The translations under genes and the position numbers were made by a program. Shown here piece by piece: positions 37,278 through 48,800 of a stretch of DNA of 64,000 nt. Position 1 is the stretch's first letter. Every line of letters begins with the position of its first letter. The DNA comes from Candidatus Heimdallarchaeum aukensis (GTDB taxonomy: Archaea; Asgardarchaeota; Heimdallarchaeia; Heimdallarchaeales; Heimdallarchaeaceae): NCBI GenBank assembly GCA_021513695.1, contig CP084166.1, positions 2,624,001 to 2,688,000 of the forward strand, in the 5' to 3' direction. The notes beneath the pieces are model-generated. The model ran no database searches. It had not been told where the DNA came from and saw only the letters and a program-made list of their open reading frames with translations.

Positions 37278-38936
37278 ATGATTAGAGGATATCCAGAAAG
37301 TATGAGAAAAAGTATTGACAAAGTCAATAAAACAAGAGATAAGAGAATCGACCAAATTATGAAAGATTTGACTCTTGAAGAACGTGAGAAAGTATTAAAG
37401 GAATTTCACCCTGATTATAATCCAGCATATAAAAGAACTATAAGTTGGGGACAAAATAAAGGCGATTATGTTCCTAATGAAGTCGCAGATATACTGGAAT
37501 CATACCCAATCTATGATCCAGATGAGATAGATTTAAGTCAAATAGATTACGATGTTGGAATATTAATTATTGGTGCAGGAGGAGCTGGAACAGCTGCTGC
37601 TTTATGGTCTGTTTATTCTGGAGTGCCAAATGATAAGATCCTTCTAACAACTAAATTAAGGCTGGGAGACTGTAATACAGTTATGGCACAAGGAGGGATA
37701 CAAGCTGCTGATAGACCAGAAGATTCACCTTTAATTCATTATTTAGATGCTATGGGTGGAGGACACTTCAAAAATAAACCAGAGTTAGTAAAAGCACTTG
37801 TTTCAGATGGTCCCAAAATAATCAAATGGCATAAAGAACTAGGTTTAATGTACGATCAGAATGAAGATGGAAGTTTTGTAGAAAATGCTGGAGGAGGAAC
37901 ATCTAGAAACAGAATGCACTGCGCAAAAGATTATACAGGAATGGAAATTTTCAGAAATCTAAAAGATGAAGTTATTAACAATGAGATACCTTTATTGGAA
38001 TTTTCACCTGCAGTAGAATTGCTAAAAGATGAAAATGGAAGAGTAGCTGGTGCATTGTTATATAATCTAGAAACAAAAGAATATTCCGTCGTAAGAGCAA
38101 AAACAACCATTTTAACAACAGGAGGTTTTGGAAGATTACACATCGCAGGATTTGCAACAACAAATCACTATGGGGCAACAGGAGACGGAATAGTTATGGC
38201 TTATAGAGCAGGAGCTAAACTAAGAGATTTAGACTCAACACAGTTCCACCCAACAGGAGCAGCTTTCCCTGAACAAATAGTAGGTCTGTTAATTACTGAA
38301 AAAGTAAGAAGTTTAGGAGCACAAGTTTTAGGAAAGAATGGAGAACAAATCTGCTATCCACTAGAACCAAGAGATGTAGAGGCTGCTTCAATAATAAGAG
38401 TAACAAAAAGTACAGATAATTATGTTGAAACTCCAACAGGAATGAGAGGAGTCTGGTTAGATAGTCCATTAATTGAAGAAATCAGAGGAAAGGGAACAAT
38501 TGATAAGAATCTTGCTGCAATGAAAAGAATGTTTGCAAGGTTTGATATTGACATGACAGAAGATCCCATACTTGTTCATCCAACCCTTCATTATCAGAAT
38601 GGAGGAGTGGAACTCGATGAAAATGGATATACTTCTGTACCAGGTTTACTAGGCGCAGGTGAAATAAGCGGAGGAGTACATGGAAAGAATCGTCTTATGG
38701 GTAACTCTCTGCTTGAGGTCAATGTTTTCGGTAGACGAGCAGGTATAACTGCTGCTAAAGAATATAAACGAGGTAAAAAACCAGGCAAACTTACTTTATC
38801 ACATGTAAAGAAAACTATTGAGCAATTAGATGCTCTAAACATTAAGAAAAAACGCTTTTCACCTATCATTCTTCCAGAATATCGTAGTGAAGCAGTAAGA
38901 GACAGATTAATTCAACTATTTGAATCTAGTCTCTAA
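37278..38936 (+). CDS. Fumarate reductase/succinate dehydrogenase flavoprotein-family FAD oxidoreductase (TfrA/L-aspartate-oxidase-like), probably non-covalent FAD
   Basis: GILIIGAGGAGTAAAL dinucleotide fold. CNTVMAQGG sits where SdhA has the His that binds FAD covalently (Cys here). HYQNGGV active-site region. ~90-aa N-terminal extension. The ATG at 37278 lies downstream of the track's GTG. Confidence 0.75.
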   Translation: MIRGYPESMRKSIDKVNKTRDKRIDQIMKDLTLEEREKVLKEFHPDYNPAYKRTISWGQNKGDYVPNEVADILESYPIYDPDEIDLSQIDYDVGILIIGAGGAGTAAALWSVYSGVPNDKILLTTKLRLGDCNTVMAQGGIQAADRPEDSPLIHYLDAMGGGHFKNKPELVKALVSDGPKIIKWHKELGLMYDQNEDGSFVENAGGGTSRNRMHCAKDYTGMEIFRNLKDEVINNEIPLLEFSPAVELLKDENGRVAGALLYNLETKEYSVVRAKTTILTTGGFGRLHIAGFATTNHYGATGDGIVMAYRAGAKLRDLDSTQFHPTGAAFPEQIVGLLITEKVRSLGAQVLGKNGEQICYPLEPRDVEAASIIRVTKSTDNYVETPTGMRGVWLDSPLIEEIRGKGTIDKNLAAMKRMFARFDIDMTEDPILVHPTLHYQNGGVELDENGYTSVPGLLGAGEISGGVHGKNRLMGNSLLEVNVFGRRAGITAAKEYKRGKKPGKLTLSHVKKTIEQLDALNIKKKRFSPIILPEYRSEAVRDRLIQLFESSL

Positions 38937-39642
38937 AGTCTTTAACGACTATTTTCTTTTTTTCCATCTCTTTTTCTAATAATCTTATTGGAAATATTTT
39001 TCCATGTGAAGGATAAAGCCATTTTACACCTTCATCTATTAGTTTTTTCCAACTTTCGTATATCTTTTCCTTTTTATTTGCGACTATAGGAAAATAGCTT
39101 CTTCCTGAAAGCAAAGGAAACTTCATAACTATGTCTCCTACAAAAGCATGTTTTTGTTTAAAAATTAATGAAATTGAACCATCAGTATGACCTAATGTAT
39201 GAATTATCTTAGCATCAAATCCATATTCTTTTAGGGAAAATTCATCACTTACTTTAATATCAACAGAAAAAGGAGCTATCTCACGCTTTGTAGAAGAAAA
39301 AATCTTCTTAAGCAATTTATTAGTTAAAACTGCTTCTGGTGTATCTCCCTTTTCCACTAATTCAGCCTCTATTTTGTGCATTAAGACTTTTGCTCCTGTA
39401 ATCTCTTTTATCTCTTTTACAGAACCAATATGGTCTATATGTGCATGTGTAATGATAATTAGCTTGATATTTTCTGGTTGAATAGAATTTTTTTGTAAAA
39501 AATGAACTATCTTTTTATGACTTTTTGGCATTCCTGTATCAACTAAAATACAATTATTATTCTCTTTTATTAGAAAACTATTGACATAACCCAATTTTAT
39601 TCTATGGATAGAAACCATACTTACCAAAGAAAGTTCTTGCAT
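38926..39642 (-). CDS. Metallo-beta-lactamase-fold hydrolase
   Basis: IIITHAHIDHIG (HxHxDH) motif and further His/Asp ligands. 3' end overlaps the flavoprotein gene convergently by 11 nt. Confidence 0.65.
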   Translation of the reverse strand: MQELSLVSMVSIHRIKLGYVNSFLIKENNNCILVDTGMPKSHKKIVHFLQKNSIQPENIKLIIITHAHIDHIGSVKEIKEITGAKVLMHKIEAELVEKGDTPEAVLTNKLLKKIFSSTKREIAPFSVDIKVSDEFSLKEYGFDAKIIHTLGHTDGSISLIFKQKHAFVGDIVMKFPLLSGRSYFPIVANKKEKIYESWKKLIDEGVKWLYPSHGKIFPIRLLEKEMEKKKIVVKDFRD

Positions 39643-41310
<1,668 letters not shown>

Positions 41311-41345
41311 ATTCTTTAATTTCTTTTTTCTCTTTTTTAAAAATA
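41311..41345 (+). terminator. Oligo-T tracts downstream of gdhA (candidate archaeal intrinsic terminator)
   Basis: taaattctttaatttcttttttctcttttttaaaaa immediately after the gdhA stop. Archaeal termination typically occurs at T-runs. Confidence 0.3.
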
Positions 41346-41394
41346 TCAAAAATGCTTTTTTATTATAATCAAATTATTATAATCAAAAAGAAGA

Positions 41395-42801
41395 TTAGAT
41401 AAAATCTCCCGTTTCTATTTTCTGTGGGAGGTAGAAGTTTGTAATAAATTGTGGGTCACGTGCATTTAATGCTTGTATTTCTGCTTTATAACCTGTATTT
41501 ATTAGGATTTCAAGTTGTTCTTGCCATTTTGGTTTTCTCTTTACGAACTCTTCTTCAAGCATTAACTTTGATCTTCTTATGTCTTTTTGAGTCATTTTGA
41601 TTAGTGCTTCTCTAGGAATATCAAATCCACTTTCAGGTTTTAGATCACTTGGGAGCAAACCTAACCATTTAATATTTGGCACTGCAAGATGGGTTGATTC
41701 GAAACTAAGAGCTTTACTTCCAACGCTATATACTCTCATGATTTCGAATCCGTAAGGGTCAGCATCCATAATGGCAAGAATAGGTAATTGTAAGTCATCA
41801 TTTATTTTCTTTAGAAACTGTCTTGTTGCCATGTCAGGTTGACCTTTAGCTGTAACTAAAATGCTTGGTACATAATCGTAAAAATGGTCTTCTGCTAACC
41901 TGTTAAAAATAGCATCTTTTTCAATAACTAAACAAAATTCAGCATCACTTTCTAAATCTTCGATGTCATCTATATTTGGTGAAATAGCTTTTCCTGAACC
42001 GATAGCTCTACAATCTATAAGATCACCCTTTTCCTTGAATTGTAACTTTCCTACAACAATACCTTTAGACGATGCACTAACATTTAGTGAAGTCCTCGTA
42101 GCTTGTATCATTGCTCCTAAATCTTCAATAAGAGAGTCTGATACTGCTTGTTTCTTAAACGCATTCACATTCATGTAGAAAATATCTCTTTTTGTACTGT
42201 GAATATCACGTGATAGTATGTCATGAAGAAGTCTCATTAATATTGACATTTGTTCAATCGTGCTTACAGAGGATAAACTCCTAAATTGGCGTTCTATCAT
42301 TTGTCTACCAATAAGTACTAATTCTTGTTCTTCATCAAAACCAATATTTCTCTTTCCTCTTGAAGGAATTTTAAAACTAGCTTCATCAGGTTTGTTAAGT
42401 GCTTCATTCAAAAATAATAATGCTGCTTCAACAATTTTATTTTTAGCTTTTTCCGAAGACATTGTTTCTACATTAGTTACACCATAAGGTAACTCATAAT
42501 CCTGCAATAAAGTAAGTTCGTTTCTAAGTTTCCTTATTTTATCAACTGGAACTTTTCTTTTTATTTCAATTCTCATTAATTCTTTCTTAAGAGGATAATT
42601 ACCTAAGGTTTTACCTTTCTCTAGAGGATACCACTTCTTTCCGCTTCTCAAAAAGAGTACAAAAGATCCTTTTTTAAGTTCAAATTCTTCTTGTAATATT
42701 TGAAATAATTCATTTATCTGAATACTGTTATCAAAACTCATTTTTACTTCAGTTGAAGGCAATATTGTTGCATTTTTTACTAAAAAATTATAGTTTACCA
42801 T
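41395..42801 (-). CDS. top6A: DNA topoisomerase VI subunit A (Spo11/Top6A family)
   Basis: Winged-helix region with the RDIFY tyrosine, and the Toprim domain CLVIEKDAIF...ILVTAKGQPDMATRQFL...LPILAIMDADPYGFEIM. Starts 9 nt after the top6B stop with a GGTGG SD. Confidence 0.85.
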   Translation of the reverse strand: MVNYNFLVKNATILPSTEVKMSFDNSIQINELFQILQEEFELKKGSFVLFLRSGKKWYPLEKGKTLGNYPLKKELMRIEIKRKVPVDKIRKLRNELTLLQDYELPYGVTNVETMSSEKAKNKIVEAALLFLNEALNKPDEASFKIPSRGKRNIGFDEEQELVLIGRQMIERQFRSLSSVSTIEQMSILMRLLHDILSRDIHSTKRDIFYMNVNAFKKQAVSDSLIEDLGAMIQATRTSLNVSASSKGIVVGKLQFKEKGDLIDCRAIGSGKAISPNIDDIEDLESDAEFCLVIEKDAIFNRLAEDHFYDYVPSILVTAKGQPDMATRQFLKKINDDLQLPILAIMDADPYGFEIMRVYSVGSKALSFESTHLAVPNIKWLGLLPSDLKPESGFDIPREALIKMTQKDIRRSKLMLEEEFVKRKPKWQEQLEILINTGYKAEIQALNARDPQFITNFYLPQKIETGDFI

Positions 42802-42810
42802 TTTTCCACC

Positions 42811-45800
42811 TCATTTTGTACTCCTTTTTTTGGTTTCAATTTTTGTATCAGCTGAAATTTCATCTAAAGTTGTTTGTTTTGTTCGCTTTGAAGTTGTTGT
42901 TTTCTTTGTTGTTGTACTTGGTCTCTTTGTTTTAGTAGTCGTTGTTTTCTTTGTTGTTGTACTTGGTCTCTTTGTTTTAGTAGTCGTTGTTTTCTTTGTT
43001 GTTGTACTTGGTCTCTTTGCTTTGGTAGTCGTTGTTTTTACAAAAGGAATTGTCTGTTTGATCTTCTTTATATCATTATAAGTCATCTCTAGCTTTCCTT
43101 CAAGCTGAGATGTCGGATAAGCAATAAATTCTCCAATTGTATTAATTCCAAGTGAGTTCAACTTATTTCGTATTTGCTGTTTAACATCTAATTTTTCTAT
43201 TGGCTCTTCTATTAACTTTAGTAATTTTTGAACATTTTTGTTTTTGAAAATATCTTTTCTCTTCGTACGATTATCAGCAAATATCAACTCTTCAAACGAA
43301 GATATCCCTATTTCTTTTAATTTTGATATAATCTCACTGCTCATAAATGGTGTACTTTTCACTATTTGCGTTTTACCCTTCTTTGCAATTTTTAGAGATT
43401 GAGGAGTTAAAGTTGCAAAATAGTTTCTTAACTGCCTTTCTGTTATATTAGTAATTTCAGTCAGTTCGTTAATTTTTGTATTAAAAACATCCCAGAGAGA
43501 ATACTTCTGTTTATGGTATAATTTAAAGATACTGTTTGGTTTATCCTGCATTAGTGCATAGAATGAGTAAATTGGGTATGAAAGAAGTTCTTTTAATGTG
43601 GATATCTGTCTGATTGATAACTCTGTTTGTTCTTTAATTCTCTTATCAGAAACTGATAAATGTATAATGTGGGAATACCCACCGTTTTCCAATATGGATT
43701 TTTCAGTATCTGAAAATAGACCTAAATCTTTAATCCTATAGCTATTTAGTTCTAATTGCTCTTTCACTTTAGTCATGTTAAGAGAGTTAAGAAGTTCAGT
43801 AAATTCTGCACGTTGTTTTTCTGTAAATTTAATCTGTAAATCATCTATATTTTGTAGGAAGAAAAGATCATAAACTTGTTCATAACCTCTTTTTGCTAGT
43901 TGAAAAAGTATATTCTTTTGACGTATAAATAATGCTAATGATGCTCTAAAACAAGAAAGAACATCTTTTACTTTCATGGATAAGTCGCTGATATTTTTCT
44001 CTTCAAACAAAGCAATTAGTTCACCTAATGAATTTATATCATTTTCATTTAGCTCGTTAATTATTTCTTTATCGTTTACAAAATCTATAAGTTTAGAATT
44101 GCTTTGAGATGCTAATGAATCTAGATCATGGAACGGAATTTGAGATAAAAGGTTTTTAAGGACAGTTATGTTTGAAGATTTATTTAATAATAGTAAATCA
44201 TAAACTGTTTTTGTATTACTTTTTAGTAGAAGCCTAAATGTTTCCTTACTCTCAAAGACAAGTGGAAGAGAGTAAATTTTTTGTTCAATTCTTAAACGGA
44301 GTTTTTCCGTGATCTTCCATCTCTTTGAAGTTTTTGATTTTGATACAATATTAAACACGTAAGCCTCTTCTATAGAGAAAATGTGACCTTGACTTAAAAC
44401 ATCTAATTCAGTTTTATCCAAAATTGTTTCAGGAATGGGGGTTAACTTAGATGCTAGAGTACGTAATGTTTCTAGTGATAGATTTCGAATCTGACGTATT
44501 AGTCTATTATCGTCGATTATCTGACTTAACTGGTATCTAGGTTTTAAAATTAAATCTCCTATTGTTAAGTTGCCATATTGTTTGAATTTCTCTTTATTTT
44601 CAAAACTTTCATTGACTAGCAAAATAACATGCCTATTTAGAAATTGTAAGTATTCATTAAAGTGTAAAGTTATGGTCTCTGGGAAAGAACTTGTAATTTT
44701 GTCAAATTGCTTTTTATCATATTTCTCCAAGAGAAGTAAGGATTCAAGGGTATATTGGACTTTTAGTTCATCTTTTTCAGGAAGATTCAACTTTTCTTCG
44801 AATTTGGTTGGTTTTGAGAAAATAAATGAGTAAATATCAAGTAGTCTCTTGGATACTTGAGAATTTACTTTTAGAGAATCATGATGTATATTGAAGAAAA
44901 CTAATTGTTGAAAACTTAAGTCTGGGAGTTTTTCGTCAAAATATCGCGAAGAGAGTTTTTGTAAAAGTCCAATTTTTGTTCTTAATGAAGGTGAAAGGTT
45001 AGAAACAACATCAGTGTTTTCAAAGAGATCAAGATAATTCTTAATACCATTTTCTCTCAATTCAGCAATATCAAAATCTTGTAGAACAATGTTTGTTTTT
45101 AGAGCAGGGGGGTTGCTTATTCTAGAAATAGTAATCTTACTAAGAAAAGTGTCAACTTCACTAATGTTTGTGCTTATAATTTTTGCAAGAGCTGGCTTAG
45201 ATAACAAAAGCATTTCTTGTAGAGTACTTACTTTGGATAAAAGTTTTAACCAATTTTCGAGAGGAAGTTGTGGGAAAGAAATCAGATAAATAGATTTGTT
45301 TAATATCTTTTGAACATTATTTCGTAATTTACTTCTCAATTTACAGTGTTTTTTTGATAAATCATAAACCAAATCGTCAATAACTGTATAATATTTCAGT
45401 AATTTTTTCTTTGTTTCACTATCAAACAGCATAATATTGGAAAGTTGAACTCTTTTATCTCTCAATTTTTTAATTGTTTTAACATTCAAAGTTGAGAGAA
45501 CATGATTAACTTTCTCAAGTTGTTTTTCTGATAAGAATGAAGAATATGAAATAGGTTTAATTAGTAAATCCTTTAGTGTTTCGATTTTATGTTCATTCAG
45601 TTTTTCTACTTCTTTTTCAGTGAAATCTGTTATTATAGAGACAGAACTGTTAAGGAGGTTTAGAATCTCTAATCCTGTTTTAGTAAGAAACTCTTTGTTC
45701 ATGTATAAAACAGAAATAAAATCAATGATATTTGAGATCTCTGGAATTTCAATGTTTTTGCTGAATAAGTTTTTTGAATTAATAGTACCAAGAAAATCTT

Positions 45801-48800
45801 TTGTCTTTAACGTAAGAGATAATGTTTTCTTTTTATCTTTAATCAGATTACTAATTATGGTGTTATAATCACCAAAGCTGACTAGTTGATCGTTTTTAAC
45901 AAGATCTCTGATGGTGAAAAGATTGTTGTCAAAGTATTTTGTTTCAATCTCTTCAAATTTTAAGGAGTTAATAGAGCTTAAGAATAGGATTGATGTATCT
46001 AAAATTTGTTTTATTTTTGTTCTTATTTTTTCTATCTTTTTAATATCATAAAGCCAGTTGTATATTGAATTCTCTTCTAAATCTGAAAAACTATAGAATC
46101 CATAAGATAACAAAGTAGATTTTTCTTTTTCACTAAGAAATGGTAAATCTACAAAATGATTTGGCTTATCTTTTTCAATTGTTTTCTTGATTTTATCAAT
46201 CTTTATTGATGAGCGTAGTTTCAATATTTGATCAAGTTTAATCCTTGATTCTTTTGCGACTGTTTTATACGGAATAAGCAGTAGATCTGCGATAGTGTAT
46301 GTTCCACCTTTTTTAAGGTTAGTTTCTATTTTCTCTTCTAGTCCTAAATATCGAATATTGGCTAGTAAATATGGGCTAATTTCTGCAAATATGCTCTTAT
46401 CTTTTAGATTAACATCTCCAAGTAATTCTTGATAAGATAAGTACCCAAGTTTCATTGCTTTTTCTTCATATGAACCTAAAGGAGGAATAAAACTTTCAAG
46501 ATGTAGATTTTTTAACATTGATAGACTTGATAAAATTTCATCAACCATTGCATCATCTAGATTTTGGATAGAGGAAATAACATCTATAATGTAAACTAAC
46601 TTCTTGTTATAACAAGATTTTATTGTATCTAATGTCAATATAGGTAGATTGTTTATGTTTCTACTTAATTTCATTCTAATATCTTTAATTTCTTCAATGT
46701 ATGAATCTGGTAGGCTTAAGAAAAACTCTTCAGGGAAGTAATATAGATATTCAATTGAGAAAACTCCCAAACTGTATAGCTTTTGAACTAATGACTTATT
46801 TAACTTTAAGTTTGCAATATCAAGAGTAGAGAATTGAAGGGAAGATAGATTCCTAATGAAAAGAGAATTGTTCTCTTTTATGGCTTTATCCAATTTTGGG
46901 AGAAGGGTTTCCCACAGGTGAATAGGAATATGAAGGTAGTCATAATATGTTTTTTTATTTTTTAAAGATTCATTAATATTTTTTGTTGAAATCCCGAGTA
47001 TACGCTCAATTGTCTTTATTGGTGTAAAGAGAATAGGTATATTCACTATCAACTTTTCTTTTTCATCTTTGTTTATTTCTAATTGATCTACATCATGATA
47101 AAATAGTTGAATTAAAGAGTAAATCTCATTTTCATTAAGATATTCGATTGTAGAAACCTCGGGTTTTTTGATTGTTTTTGGACTAGTACCTTCTTTAGCT
47201 TCACGTTTTTTAATAAGTGGAAGTTTACCCTCTTTTGTTAGTTCTTTTTCAGTTAAGGATGGTAAAAGGTTTAAGTCGATTCCATAGAGTTTAAGTTCAG
47301 AAACAATATTTCTTTTACTAATCTGTAATTTAATAGTGTTTATCTCTTTATACTCTATTTCAAATAATTTACCCAAAGAAACTGATGGAATAGATAAAAA
47401 TTCAAGTATAGTGTTAATCTTATTTTCAAAGAGAATAGAGTTTTGTTGCAATGAAAGTGAACTTAAGAAGGAAATTGGAGTTGTTCCAAACAATGAGAGA
47501 GTCTTTTTTATTGATGATAAATTCTTATCTTCTGAACTGTAATCCTGTAAACAAAGAAGTTGATCTAAATACTCAATATTAATCTTTTTTAGATATAGCT
47601 TCTGTTGTTTGGACAAAAATTTTACATCACGTAACTTAATTGCCCATTTAGGTATTTGAAAATCAGATAAAGAACTTACTACATATTCTGCTAGTTCTAT
47701 GTCAATATTGTCTGGAGGAAGAAGTAATAAATCAAGAATAAGTTTTTTATCTTCCTTCATCAAATTTCTCAAAAACTCAAGCTGATCTATTTGAGAAAAT
47801 TTATCTAACCAAATAATTGGATATTTTACCATACTTGTAAGAGAATTAGAATTACTAAAGAGAATTTGAGAACTTATGACAAATGGTTGAGGAAGCAGAT
47901 CTAGTAGATTAATAACATCGGGAGAGGTCTTAATGTCTAGTTTATCACTTTTATTTGATAGAATGTCCAGATGATCTTTGGGAATTAAGTTAACTAATTT
48001 TTCTTTAGAAAATTCTTTTACAAAACGGATAATCTCACTTCTAGCATTTGATGGAATAGTTCTCTTTTCTTCAGAGCTAAGAGTAAGAAGTTCAATAATA
48101 TTTTTAACTCCATTTTTCCATAAATCAAGTTTGACGTCTAAACTCATGTCTGAGATAGAAAAAATATTTAGACATAAACCATAGATTAGTTCTTCAAGTT
48201 TAGCAATACTACTCGCTTTTTCTATTTTTTCACTTTCTGAGAATATAAGCAAGTATTCTGGTACCAACCCAAAGATATCTTCAAATGATGCTTTTGAAAG
48301 GTTGAATTTAAAGTCTGTGAGTGTACTTATTAATTCTTTATCTTCTTCAAGAATAGGTATGCCTGAACTAAGGCTTATGTTTCCCTTTCTTTTATCTTTT
48401 AACTCTTCAGGAATGGAATTGAATATCTTCTTAAGATCTTTTTCTCTAACTATAAAGAGGTCAATAACTCGTAGAATGCGGTTTTTTGCAAGACTACGTT
48501 TAATAAAGCGTGAAAGGTTTGAAATTCTGAAGACTGAAGAGTTACAAAGAGAGAGAAAATTATCAATATTTTCCTTAAATTCTTCAGAAAATGATTTTAT
48601 TTGATAACAAAGACCATAAAGATCTTGAACTGTGTCCTTATTCAGTTTTTGTAAGCTAAGAAGATTTCTCTTTGACAATAACGCAAGAGATTCAAGTTTT
48701 ATTCCTTTTTCTTCAACTTCATTTAGTATTTTTTTAACTGAAATATTTTCTTTTATTTTGATAATTTCAGTTTCAGGTATGTCTAAAATTAATGATATCG

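Noticed and set aside
42904-43038. Possible CRISPR array, judged from the presence of direct repeats
   Set aside because: The 45-bp repeats are contiguous with no spacers, lie in frame within a coding sequence, and no cas genes are present. This is not CRISPR.
42830-43081. Plus-strand 83-aa ORF with the striking internal repeat VVVFFVVVLGLFVLV x3
   Set aside because: It is the antisense reading of the three 45-bp direct repeats at the 3' end of the giant top6B gene. The repeat is explained by the minus-strand coding sequence, so this is not an independent gene.
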